DNA from: Eledone cirrhosa
Lineage: Eukaryota
NCBI GenBank assembly: GCA_964016885.1
Contig: OZ024740.1
Coordinates: 205,158,001-205,222,000 of the forward strand
Reading direction: 5' to 3'
DNA length: 64,000 nt
Positions within the stretch are counted from its first letter, which is position 1; each line of letters opens with the position of its first letter. This document shows, in pieces, positions 1-12,009 of the stretch. Below the pieces are notes generated by a model. The model made no database searches and was not told the DNA's origin. It saw only the letters and a list, made by a program, of their open reading frames with translations. A program made the translations under genes and the position numbers.

Positions 1-1820
1 ATAGCACTCAGCAATGAGTTCTGCGCATTCTTTGGGATCGTCAGTGATCTGGCTTGTGTGGGGATTGCGAAGAGGACCAACTGGAGAGTGAGGTCTCTGC
101 TTTGAATGAACATATTTCCAGAACACCTTACTGTCAGGATTGGTTGCTATGCACTGTTCAAATTCAAGCACTGCCTTCTTTGTCACTTGCTTGAGATGGT
201 TAGAAGATTTATTCCGCTTTTTTCTGTTGGCATCTGATTTATGCAGTTTATATTCCCGTACAGCGTTCCGACGTTCTTTCCTGGCAAGTCGGATTGCTGA
301 AGTTTCCCAAATTGCACTTTTTGGGTGTTTTTTTTTCTGCTTACGTGGCACCGATGCTGCACACGCTATCCATATTGAGTCCAGGATGCTCTGGAGTATA
401 GTGTTCACATCTCCAGAGTTATACATCTCATGCCAGTTTGGGCGCTGTAGTTCAATGCCAATCTGCTTTCTTCCAATCAAAGCAAGCAGATTGGAGATGG
501 CTCTGGTTTTTGTTGCTGCCCGCAAGAGCCAGATTGGCAATGATCATAGCATGATCAGGGTCGCCTAGAGGTTCCTCAGTAGTAGAACTGATAACCACTT
601 CAGGTGTAGTGGTGAAGATCAGGTCCAAAGTGTTGTCACCTCTTGTTGGAGAGGTAACCACTTGTGACCAGTTTGAGTTCAGCACTAGTTCAAGGAAATC
701 GTTTGCACCTTGTGGCCAACGAAAGGTTTCCCAATCGATCTCAGGATGATTGAAGTCACCTGCAATAAACACATAAGTGGCTGTTTTCTTGGCAGCAACT
801 CTGAGGATATCGCAAAGCTGTGTGTCCTGATGGTAGTTTGGGGGGGGGGGGATAAACAACACCAAGCAGAAGTGTTGACATGATCATACGTATGTCACAA
901 AAAAAAACTTCTTGTGATTCGTTCAAATCAACGCAAGGAATTACCGAAAAGTTTGAACGAACGTAGACCATCACACCACCACCACGGCGATTAATGCGGT
1001 CCTTGCGGAAAAGGTTGTACCCAGTAATGCTGAAAACCCCATTACAGAGTAAGGAATGTGCCCATGTTTCCGTGACTGTGATGAAGTCAGGGTCGACGCT
1101 TCTGACGTAGGAATCAAACAGATGTATCTTGTTGCATAAACTGCGAGCATTTAAGGACAACAATTTGTACCCTGCTTGCAGTTTATGATGGTGTGTAGAG
1201 GGTGGCAGGTTGTTCTGGTTTAGTTTCTCAGAGTTGTTGCAGTTTTTTCATTGCCAGTTATTGTGGGTAGACCACACTCAGACCAGCTAGTATCTCTCTT
1301 CCACGTTTCACCAGCCTTAACAAACCTCCAGATCTGCCCATCATCACGCAGACTAAAACTTTCATGTTGTGCTGAGTTCCAATTCAAGGAAGCTGCAGCA
1401 CGTAGCTTTGGGCGTACATGGGGTGGTAGGCCTGGGCATGTTCGGAAGGTAATCCGATTTTCACGCCCAGCTTTAACAGAGGCCAGATGGTATGAGATTG
1501 CCTCAGCTGGGTCCGAAAAAGACAGCCTGATGAGTCTGGGTTTTGGACCAGGTCGACCAAGGCGGAGAGCACCTTTTGGGGGAACACAGCCTAGGTCTTT
1601 GGCTGAGCTGGCAGCAAATGCCTGAAGATCAGCCTTGTCCTCTGGTACCCCAATAGCAATTACTTCATGGGTAGCAGATTACGCAGTCTTCTCAGTGTGC
1701 CCAGATACAACAAGAGGTGCAGGGAGATTCTTTAGCAAGGCATTCCGATAAGACCCCTCATTGTGGGGTCCTACCCGAATGCTTGCCTTTATTCCTGTTA
1801 CTTCCCTTCGTATAGCATAA
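1..1820 (-). mobile_element. CR1-type LINE, degenerate (ORF1 C-terminal half, APE endonuclease, start of RT region; runs off the left edge)
   Basis: Frameshifted ORFs with LNARSL, VTETW, RKDR..RGGGV, GDFNHP, PTRGDNTLDL and DHAMI motifs. Clearly homologous to 16630-18000. Confidence 0.93.
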
Positions 1821-1849
1821 TCAATTCCCGTTTATATATTTTCTATATA

Positions 1850-2649
1850 ATTTAGTCCGAATAAGAGTATAATGATTTCATTTATTTTATTTATTGGCCA
1901 CAAGAATAAGAGTATAATGAATACGGTAAAGTAAATTGGGCTTATAATGTAACATAACCATTTTAAAACAATTCAAAATGAAATGCGATAATGTCATTTA
2001 TGCAACCATTCTAAAAGCAATTTAAAGTTTAATATATGCAAATACAAAAATAATAATTCATTGTGTCATAAAAATGTCTTTGAAACGCTCTGCTTTATCC
2101 ATTACTCAAAAAATTGCTATTTTGGATGAATTGAAATCCGCCAAGTCACAAACCGAATTAACTAGAAACGTTAGTATGTATTATTTTTATATTTATAATA
2201 TGAATGTGCATAGGTACCTAACATAACTTTAATCATTTATCAATATTTTAGATCTCTGGAAAAGAATGAATAAATGCTGTTGACTGTACGGTCCTATATG
2301 ATGCAATCATTTGAAAATTTTGAAAATTTTACTCCGCCTGAGACCGAGGAATTGATTGAAAAAGAAATTGCGAGCAATCGAGTGCAAAAAAGCATTTTGG
2401 ACTATTTTTAGGAAATAAAAATTACATACCAATATGTTGAAATATTGCTTAATTTATCTATAATTTGCAATAATTCTTGTTGAATTTTTTGGTGTAACTT
2501 TCATTTTTTTTACTTATAAATGCATTTTAAACGATAAAAAAGCGATTTTTAATCATTGAAAGACTCAAAATAATAATACTATGGAATATTTTTACTTAGT
2601 CCGGATAAGAGTATAGTCCCGAGGGTATACTCTTAAGCGGACTCGACTG
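1850..2649 (+). mobile_element. Internally deleted Tigger/pogo-family DNA transposon
   Basis: At 2074, MSLKRSALSITQKIAILDELKSAKSQTELTRN (CENP-B/pipsqueak-like HTH start). C-terminus ...NRVQKSILDYF* at 2385-2411. Right end ...aagcggactcgactg followed by TA (CAGTCGAG-type TIR). Subterminal repeats ataagagtata at 1861, 1906 and 2605. Confidence 0.75.
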
Positions 2650-2669
2650 TATATATATATATATATATA

Positions 2670-2985
2670 AGGATAAAGACCCCCTTTGGTCACAAATGAC
2701 TATGATATTTGCACCTAAAGAGTTCCCTTCTGAGGCACAAATCCTGGCAAGGTTATTTGTGAAGACCACCAGTCTTCCCTCTCCACATCACCAATGTTGC
2801 CCAAGGGACAAGCAAAGGTTGATACAGCTTGGCACCAGTGATGTCAACCCATTTCTATACTGAGTAAACTGGAGAAATGTGAAATAAAGTGTCTTGCTCA
2901 AGGACACAATGCATCACCCGATCGGAGAATCGAACTCACAAACTCCTGATTGCAAGCCGAATGCTCTAACTACTTGACCATGCAT
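2670..2985 (-). mobile_element. tRNA-derived SINE (related copy at ~4350-4690)
   Basis: Minus strand has a B-box-like gagttcgattc followed by gtgtccttgagcaagacactt, a conserved SINE central motif. Confidence 0.7.
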
Positions 2986-4807
2986 TGAGAGAGAGACAGG
3001 CAGCTATTTATGTAAAATGACAGATGTAATGTACATACATATACTGGTGAACAAATAATCAATACATATATAAACATCTATATATAGAATATAAGAGTTG
3101 GTATAGATTGTTTACTCAGACTTAAATAAGGAAAGGATTTGACATCCTGTCCCAATCATGTCAGTGTAGAATATAATGATGATGATATTGATATACAAAT
3201 CTATATCATAATAAGAACACTATCTGTCTGTCTGTCCATCTGTCACACCCACTTTATATAGTAAGGGGAGCAGCAAGCAAGAGATATGTACATAGATATA
3301 GAGAGAAAGGAGAACGGCAGAAAAAGGTAGATAGACAGAAAGTTATGTTCTAATGACTGCCAAATTGACCACCTTATACTTGTTAAGTGATTATGAAATT
3401 ACCTGTGATGGGTTTTTCAAATTAGGATACCTGTATTTAGTTTGTGTATGTGTGTGTCTCAAATCACAATCATACCTCAGTGAAGCAGAGGTTTAGATGC
3501 AGTATTAATTATGAATCGTTTTGACTTTGTTTTATCTCCTATATAACATCTCATCATTTTGTCTGTTTTTCCATGCTAGGATGGGTTGAACAGGTCATTA
3601 CAGATCAAGTCAGTACTTAATCAAAGTCACTATTCTTCTAGATGTGTTTGGGGACTATATCTCACTTAATACATTCCATTTTTGGCATGATCGTTACAAC
3701 TCTTCTAGCAACAACAACTTCACAGAATGTACTGGTTGCATTATAACATGTCACCAGCAATAAAGAGGTTGTGTTGACCTTGATGCAACTGAAGAGATCT
3801 TTCAACAATTTTATATAATATTAGATATATTTTCTGTGTAGACGAGGACTCTGTGGGCTGTAGAGAAGGCAACTTGTCTAGGAGAGTAGTTATTCTGAAT
3901 TAAAACTGATACAATTTTAAGTACTGACAGACAACCTCTCTAGTGCTGGAGGCACAATAATGCACCCTGTTCCTGCTGTAAAATGGTTGGTGATAGGAAG
4001 GGCATCCAGCTAGAAAACGTTGGGGGGTCCAAACCATACAAGCATGGAAGATTAACTGTGAAATGATGATTTCAAAACTATTGTGTACATGTATTAAAAA
4101 AACATTCTTTAAATACATTTCTGAATGTAGTCAAATTTGACATTATGACCTCTCAACTGCTGGTACCATGATAAAATGCATAGTGCACTTTGTAGAGTGC
4201 AGGAATGTATGTAAATGAAATTGTAGCCTCTGGCCCATCTGAGAGATAAGTGGATCTGAGTAAGTACTGACTTAATCTGTGACAATACTTCCAACCCTTG
4301 CTAGCAGGGAAAACAAACGTCAAATGATGATGATGATGAAATTTATGAAGATGGGCTCCCTTCAGTCATGACTGACCAAGTGTTTGCACTGGAAAATTTC
4401 TTTCAGAGGCAAAAACCTGGAGAAAGTGTTTTGTAGAAAACCAGCTGTATCCTATATATATACCAATCTTCCCTCACCATACTTTTGATGTTGTCCAAGG
4501 GAAAAGCAAATGCTGATATAGCTTGAAACCTGTGTCGTTGCAATTCCTTTCTTCCAGTTGATAGGAATAGAGTTACATGAAATGAAGTGTTTGGCTTAAG
4601 GACACAACACACCGTCCGTTCAAGGAATTGAACTCACAACTTTATGATTGTGAGCTGGAAACCCTAATTTATAAGCCTAGTGGCATCACATTTTTTCATC
4701 CACCAAATTTTTCACAGAATTTAGTGGGCAACAGTAGAAGACACTTGCAGAAGGTGGCTTGCATAGATAAGAAAAATTTAAGTGAAGGATTTTATAAATA
4801 TACTTAC

Positions 4808-4941
4808 AGAGGTTTATGTAAATGAGGTGAATCTTTAATATTTTTTGAACTGGTGTGGTAAGTACAACGACTAGGAAGGTCAGGACGTCTCCATTGCCGA
4901 AATGGAGAAAGTCGTTCCTCATTATTGTTCTCATTTACCAT
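4808..4941 (-). CDS. CBS: Cystathionine beta-synthase, N-terminal heme-binding coding exon (exon 4808-4945; gene continues beyond the left edge)
   Basis: Minus strand: acceptor ...ttttaatttcag|AAAA ATG, translation MVNENNNEERLSPFRQWRRPDLPSRCTYHTSSKNIKDSPHLHKP+CT, then donor |gtaagt. Matches the CBS motif W.RPD.PSRCT...SPH.H containing the Cys and His heme ligands (human C52/H65). The phase-2 intron is at the position equivalent to human c.209. Confidence 0.92.
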
Positions 4942-5439
4942 TTTTCTGAAATTAAAATAGTTTCAAATTAATTAACTCTTTTGTGACCATATTTTTAACA
5001 AGAATATACTACCATTATAACATAATAATTATCTTAGTTAATTATCAACTAACTTTCATTTTAACAATATAGGACAAATATTTAACCCTTTTGTTATCGT
5101 ATTTCTAACAAAAAAAAACATTGTCAGTTTGGAGAATAACTTAAAATTATAATGGAAGGTTTGAAATAAATATAAACACTTTAATAGAAACAGTTTAGTA
5201 TTGCAGAATCTAGAGTAGTTGAGGTGGTTTGGTACCAAAACCGTTATTCACTGAACTCTATTATCTGTCATATAATAATCAAATTTTATTCCAAGATTTG
5301 AATTTAAATTTAAACATTTTAATAAATGTGGTATCAGGTGGATTGGTGTTTAAATAGTTAAAGTAAAATACTCCTTTAAATGATTGGGGGACTCCCTAGA
5401 TGTAGTTATCTTTGGTGATCTAATTAACAATGGAGATGG

Positions 5440-5940
5440 GTGTTTTGAAAACATAATTGCCAGAATAAGAATAGGGTGGAAAAAGCTCTACTGGCAATAA
5501 AGGAGTTCTCTCTCTGAGTGAAGTGCAGATTGTATGATGTATGTGTTCAAAGTGTGATGCTGCAATGGTAGCGAGACATGGATCTTGTATATGATAAAAT
5601 TGCAAAGACTAGAAAGAAATGAAGTGAGTATGTTCTGCTGTATGTACAATGTTAGTGTTTATGAACAATAGAGCAAAGTGAGTTGAGAATAAAGCTGGAT
5701 GTAGGGGGAATTAGATGTAGTCTATAAGAGAGAAGACTGTGCTGGTATGAACATCTGATGTGTATAGAGAATGTCAACTGTATAAAGAAGTGTCAAGCAT
5801 TCCAAGTGATTGGAACTTGTGGAAGAGAAAGTCCTAGGAAAACATAGGATGAAGGTGTGAAGACTGGTCTCAAGAGGCTGAAACTTGTAAGAGACAACAA
5901 AGGACTATGACAATTGATTAGATGGGCTTCACTAAAAATG
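5440..5940 (+). mobile_element. Degenerate RTE LINE 3' fragment
   Basis: Decayed translation LLAIKEFSL.VKCRLYDVCVQS...ETW...RLERNE..., homologous to the ORF at 36579-37469. Confidence 0.75.
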
Positions 5941-7094
5941 TTTATGGGTCAAAGTGAATAATAAACAAGATTATGATCATACCAAGCTATGAAAAAAAAT
6001 TTAATTATAAACTTCAAATGTGGGATAGAAAAAATATTTTTTACTAGGTAATTTCGCCACTAAAAATATTTCTTTTCCTAAGAAATACAACACAGAATAA
6101 TACAATTAAATGAATTAGAACAGTGAAAATAACGGACTGAGCTAACTCAGCCTTAACTTTTGTATGAACATGAATTACTCTATATATACTATTATATTTT
6201 CATATTATTTATTTTGAGAACAATACCTTAACATCAGTATGAGTGGCCAGTTACAGCCGATTTGAACAGAAAAAGGTGAGAGGAATTCCGGCTGGACATG
6301 GCTGGTTTAAATGCTAAAGGGTTAATCAATAACATTCTGTTCTGCATGAAACTGTATTACCAAGAGATTCTTGAAAATATATACAACACTATAACTACAT
6401 TACATTAAAAATGAAAGTTTACTTTTCTGCAAATGTGTTCACTTGTAAATATACTATAAATATTTAAATTAACAAATCCTTTTGTGGCTGTATTTCTAAT
6501 GAAACACATTCTATTTCAATATATGTTCCCTAAAAAAAAAAATTTTGTTTCATCTAATGTCATATTAAATTAGGTTGGTGGAAATTGTCCTTAAAATATA
6601 AGTAAGGGTTTGGTGATTTTTGGAAAATTGTTTAATGGTTCCTAGAGAAAATAAATTTTGAAATACAGTCACATATATTTAAACCTAAGCCTTCTATCAT
6701 AATTTTCCCTAAGAGTCTTTTGTCAAGTTATTTTCCAAACACTATTTTTTACAAAGTTAGTTATTTTACTAAGCCACTTAACATTCTTGATTATTAATTG
6801 AAACACATAGACAGTGTATTTCATTAGAAATGTGGTCACAAAAGGGTTAAAGGATAATAGCCCCAAGAAAAGCAAACTTTTAAAAATTATATTTCTATTG
6901 GTTTCATTCCCTAGACTGCAGCTATGTTGAGACAGACTTCAGGAGTTACAATTATATCAACCAAAGTACTTTTTTTTAATGGCTTAGTTAGAGAAAGAAA
7001 GGAAGCACCCATGACGTTTTTCATGGCATTTGATATTGGTGAGAGTTATCGTCAAACTATATCGAAATATATAATTAAAGTTATGTTGGTATCA

Positions 7095-7385
7095 CAACAA
7101 AAAAGACATCCAGCCCACTCTGAATAGTGGTCGTGTAGGTGTCACGGCAAAAAGTGCCCAGCCCATACTGTAAAGTGGTCTTGTAGGTGTCACGACAAAA
7201 AACACCCAGCACACTGTAAATGTGGTTGGTGTTAGGAAGGGCATCAGGCCGTAGAAACTTAATCAGAAACAGTTCTATATAAGCAAGACACGGTCACCTG
7301 ATCTGACGTGCCTGTAATGGGACAACCCGTCTAACTCATGCTAGCGTGGAAAATGGACGTTAGACGATGATGATGATGATGATAA
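7095..7385 (+). mobile_element. RTE-tail SINE/LINE 3' fragment with (GAT)n tail; many copies (e.g. 3960-4070, 30880-31570 -, 33085-33600 -, 40260-40485, 46622-46780 -, 48770-48950, 61495-61600 -)
   Basis: Shared motif gtggttggtgttaggaagggcatccagccgtagaaac...catgctagcgtggaaa.tggacgtta.acgatgatgat, the same as the 3' UTR of the RTE at 36176-36580. Confidence 0.8.
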
Positions 7386-9197
7386 TTTAAAAAAATTAAA
7401 AAACACTAAAGCCAGAAGACTGTGCCCCCCTCCCCCCCAATAGATGAGGAGAGGGTTCAGGTTAAAAGTTTATGTTTAAACGAATAAGTTGCCCTATTTT
7501 CATCGGATAGACATACCATTGAATAAATCCATTTCACTGTTAAGTTTAGTGTTTTCAACCTTTGATGGTGTTTTTTTAATGACATTACACCAAGTCATAT
7601 ATATTCATTTATCTATTTTAAAAGCAGTGACATAACGTGGGGTGCTAGCGAAGGAACAAAGTAAGCAGTCCCTCCATCCGCCACCCGTGGAACGTTAATA
7701 CACTCCGAGTCCCTTCCACCAGCCCAGTATTGAATCCCTTACACCAAGTTCATGTATTATAGTTTACTGATGGAAAAATGTATTCAAATTTATTTAAAAT
7801 CACCTGGTTTTAATATGCGCAAATGTTTCACCGATAGGACATTATTGATGTGATTAACGAGAGAAAAATGCTGTAACACGTTATGTGGCAATATTTATTT
7901 GTACTGTCACTGTCATATTGAAAAACTTTGTAGAATGACGAACATGAGAGATTTCCTGTGTGAGGTGGAGGGTACAGTATATTTTGTTTATTATAACTAC
8001 TATATTCTTATCTTTTGAAATGATGCATGGGTTGCTAGCGTCCGGAGCAAAGTAAATATCTTCCCACCACCCACAACCTGTGGAACGATAGCATACCCTG
8101 AGTCCCTTCCACCAGTCTAGTATCGAACCCCTTAACCCAAGCTCATGTATTATAGTTCAAGAAAATACAGATGTAATTAAAGTAAAATGTCATTATTGTA
8201 ATCACAATCGAAAATGCAAAATTTCATTAAAAAATATTCATTATTGTGCGTAAATCAGAAACAATTAAGAAAGTTATGAAAAAACAAAGTCGGAGGCGCA
8301 GAGTAGTTTATACTTATGAAATCCTTTAAAATATATATTCGTAGAAAAATATTTAAGTATGCATATTACACCCTCTGTATTTTATCTTGGTTATTGTTTA
8401 ACCCATGGTCAGCTTTGATCCAGCAGACTGATAATCAAAGATGTTTCGAGAGTGACCAAAGTATCCGATGAACATTTGTTGGTTTTGATGAATATTTTAC
8501 TTGTTCGATCAACAGAACAGTCTGCTTATAAAATCAACGAGCAAATAACTGAGCATTCTACAGACACGTGAACACTAAATGTAATTCTCAGGGACATTCA
8601 GTGTGGAACAGTGTGTGACAAGGCTGGCCATCTGAATTACAGGTATCGTCTATCCGATGGACCCCCAAACAGTTTCTGTCTACCCAATTTCAATTGCACA
8701 AGATATGTCGTGGGATCTAATCCGGGAATGCAAAGCCAACCTCTTAAGCATTCGGTCATAATGCTACCAAAATATATATAAATATATCTGGCGAATATTC
8801 AGGTCCATGAAACCTTAGCCACTACTGGGGTCGTAGGAGCGCCATCATTGCGAAAAGTAAACGAAAAACAATACGGGTGAATGATACAGTGTAATGAAGA
8901 TATATATATGAAGTTGAACGTTTGATATGTGTGTGTGTCGCGCGCGCATATACATATATATGACTGTTTAATTGGGAGGAAAGTGAGGAGAGCACTCGGA
9001 TTTGTTTGGGATTTCTAACCCTGTCATATACGCGAGCCAGCAATTCTACCTTAATCATGCCCATGTCGCGAGTAGTGAAGCGATGATAAGATTTTCTTTT
9101 CTGTCTGCTGGGACCCTTGTGTTTGGTTTACAGCAACCTTCCTTACCTGGCTAGTCGAAGACACGTCTATGTACAGGTTGTAGCACTCGCATATATA

Positions 9198-9293
9198 CAG
9201 TGTCCCTCAAAAATGTATACACACATTGATTACCTGTACAAGCAATATTTATTAGAATGTTGTTGAAGTGTGTATATATGTTTTGGGGACACC

Positions 9294-9296
<3 letters not shown>
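9198..9296. mobile_element. Tc1/mariner-type MITE (~100 bp)
   Basis: TA-flanked imperfect inverted repeats cagtgtccctcaaaaatgtatacaca / tgtgtatatatgttttggggacaccctg. Confidence 0.7.
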
Positions 9297-9335
<39 letters not shown>

Positions 9336-10199
9336 TAACGCCTCCCCCCACCCACTTTCCTTGTCCAATCCATGTCAGCATGGAAAGTCAGACATGCCAC
9401 ACAATATACTGCCAGATGTAACTCACTCTCTTCGACGACACCTCCATCACCCGGCGTTTTCTCTCCAACAATAGGATGCCCCCTCTCCACCCCAAGCAAT
9501 CAGCAACTAGCTTATCCCCTCTCATCACTGCTTCTCCAGTCAGGCCGAGGACACGACGAGCACACAACGAGCTGTAATGAGGTAATGCTGGTATCATGAT
9601 AAAATTGATTCTGTCTACTCTAGGGCTACGATGAAAAACACCTAACCCACTCTGCAAGCCGGCAGTGCAGCTGCCACGACAAAAAGCACCCAGTCCACCC
9701 TGTAAGGTGAGAATGTTGAAGTCACGATAAAATGTTTGCAGTACACTCTGTAAAGTGGCTAGTGTTAGGAAGAGGGTATCCAGCCATATATATATAAAAT
9801 ATTTGGTCGTTTTGGAAGCCTCAACAATGCAGATGGGTAAATCTCCGGGTAACAGTATCCGGTGGTGAAGAGAGAGATGTATAGTGTGTAGAGGAACGTA
9901 GGAAAGAGCGTAAAAATAAAAATAATAACACGAGATAGAGTTATCTTGGGAGAGATTTAATTGTCCATATATTTCGGATTTCGCATCCATCAACTGGGGG
10001 GTTTTCCGAGGAGGAAAGTTATGTCGGAGAGGAACGGTATGTGGCCCCTGTTGTCCGCCGTTTGTGTGTAATTGAGATATTCTGTAGAGCGCGCATGCAC
10101 GTGGAATAGGTGCAGTCAAGCAAAGGTTGAGGCAGTTCCTCTTTATTGTGGGAGTGGGATGGTGCTAGCTGTCAATCCATTATACTACCTATATTCAGT

Positions 10200-10920
10200 C
10201 TTTGTTACTGGCATTGTTGGTAGTCTGCATGGTTGATGGATGGTGGGGGCGCTATACACAGAATAATAATCGTTCGAATGCCACTGTGTGTGTGCGTCTG
10301 CTGTTGTCTAGTTTGTTTACACCAGCCACCTCGTCTCGCTTCTCTCGGATCGGTTATTTATTTGTTGTCTTAGGCGTTTTATCCTAAGTGCTTCCTTGAT
10401 TCGTAATGTGCCGACATTGTGTTCTGTCGCTAGCACTGTGACAATGGGCCTTCCGTCTTTCTTTCCGGAAAGACAAGGCTCTGGTGTTGATGTGCTCCTT
10501 GATCTAGATATGTAGCGGCTGGGTTGTGCTACCAATATAGTAGTGGTTACACTTGTCACATTCTACCCTGTATGTGCGTAAGTAACAGTTCGTTTGGCAC
10601 ATCGGAGAGTTTCTGAGGGAACACGCATCAGTCGATTTCCCGGGTTTCCTGGAGAGGCATCTCCATAGGGAGGGGCCCGAGTGGGCCAGGTGGATGTTGA
10701 GGCCCTCTCTCCGTATAGCCCTGCAGATAGCGTTGGTGGTTTTCTCACCCAGGTGTGGGATTTTAAGCAAGCACTTGCCTTGGGTGTTTCTCTGCTTCTT
10801 GCGCCTGGTGTCTCTTACTCTGTAAGCGAGGCTGGGTATCCGTTCGTCTCCAGCACCCTGAGGAACCGCTTGGTATGGGTGACACCACTCACGGGATCGC
10901 TACATCTGTTTCAAGTGCTT
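10200..10920 (-). mobile_element. Penelope-like element 3' part (GIY-YIG endonuclease), degenerate
   Basis: LKIPHLGE...YRVECDKCNHYYIGSTTQPLH..IKEH..., ATEHNVGTLRIKEAL.I. Homologous to 44400-44950. Confidence 0.85.
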
Positions 10921-11337
10921 TCTTTGGCGCTACACAGTAATACAGAAGACCCGCCTTGCCTAAGTACAAAGCGAAACCTACAGTCAGTAGGCACCTCTAA
11001 CAAAAATACACCCCCGTCCCACTACCCCCAACCCTTTCAATGTAAAGTTATGTTGGTACCACAATATCCAGGCCGAAACAAATGAGGTCGTGTAGGTGTC
11101 ACGACAAAAAAAAAACACACAGTCCACGCTGTAATGTGGCCATGTAGGTAACACGGTAAAAACCTCCCAGTCAACACTGTAAAGGTGGTTGGTGTTAGGA
11201 AGGGCATCCAGCCGTATAAAACCCGCCAGACAGTCCTATACGAGCAAGTCAACCAATCTTGCCTCAAGTGGGAAAATTCCCGTCCAAACCCATGCAAGCG
11301 TGGAAGATGGACGTTAAACGATGATGATGATGATGAT
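10921..11337 (+). mobile_element. 5'-truncated RTE LINE copy (last codons, 3' UTR, (GAT)n tail)
   Basis: Close reverse complement of 36176-36620. Confidence 0.88.
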
Positions 11338-11529
11338 CTATATCTATCTATCTATTTCTCTCTCTCTATATATATATCTATATCTATCTATCTATATAGG
11401 CAAAGGGATATTTAATTTGTTGGTAATTCAACAAATATATTTATAACAGATTCGGAGCACTCGACAGATTTTCTGGAGTATAATATTAATGATATTAATA
11501 AATGGAAACTATATTTATAAAACCATATT

Positions 11530-11588
11530 TATTCTATTATATATTTCAAGGGTACCAAAACTTTGGTACACTCTCATCAGATAAAATA
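11530..11588 (-). ncRNA. Minimal type I hammerhead ribozyme (mirror copy, stem III shortened to TATA)
   Basis: Minus strand: tattttat CTGATGA gagtgtaccaaagttttggtaccctt GAAA tata ta atagaata. Confidence 0.7.
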
Positions 11589-11700
11589 CAAAGTTTGTTT
11601 TATAAATATTGACATATCCAGGAATGAGACCTTAACAGGTGAAACTTGAATCGTTAAGGTCTCATTCCTGGATATGTCAATATTTATAAAACAAACTTTG

Positions 11701-11761
11701 TATTTTATCTGATGAGAGCGTACCAAAGTTTTGGTACCCTTGAAATATATATAATAGAATA
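11701..11761 (+). ncRNA. Minimal type I hammerhead ribozyme
   Basis: Stem I tattttat/atagaata (8 bp, one G-U); core CTGATGA 11709-11715; stem II gagcgtaccaaagttttggtaccctt; GAAA 11742-11745; palindromic stem III TATATA; predicted AUA cleavage after 11753. Confidence 0.8.
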
Positions 11762-12009
11762 AATATGGTTTTATAAATATAGTTTCCATTTATTAATATC
11801 ATTGATATCTATCTATCTATCTATATATATATATCAGCAACTCCCTATATGTTGAGTTTTTTTCTAGTCATATGGTTTGGAGGTCACCAATCTGTCCAGC
11901 TCTTTGTCTACCAGCATATCATGAAAAAAATAATACATCTCATATGTATTTTGCCTGACGAGGACATGTTTTGCTTTGTTATAGTTAAAACTTTACATCT
12001 TCGAAAATA

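Larger units (their letters stand above)
11488..11803. repeat. Near-perfect long inverted repeat (~150-bp arms, 16-bp spacer)
   Basis: Arm 11488-11636 is the reverse complement of 11653-11803 apart from one substitution and one TA indel. Spacer is aggtgaaacttgaatc. Confidence 0.95.

Noticed and set aside
2900-2985. tRNA genes here and at other gttc(g/a)aatcc motifs
   Set aside because: These are degenerate tRNA-derived SINE heads attached to SINE bodies, with no complete cloverleaf.
8795-8855. Box C/D snoRNA on the minus strand (atgatgg...ctga)
   Set aside because: Box C is imperfect, there is no terminal stem, and I could not identify an rRNA or snRNA guide.
9388-10119. 243-aa minus-strand ORF as a host gene
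   Set aside because: It crosses a SINE-tail fragment and PLE-adjacent sequence and shows no recognisable domain.
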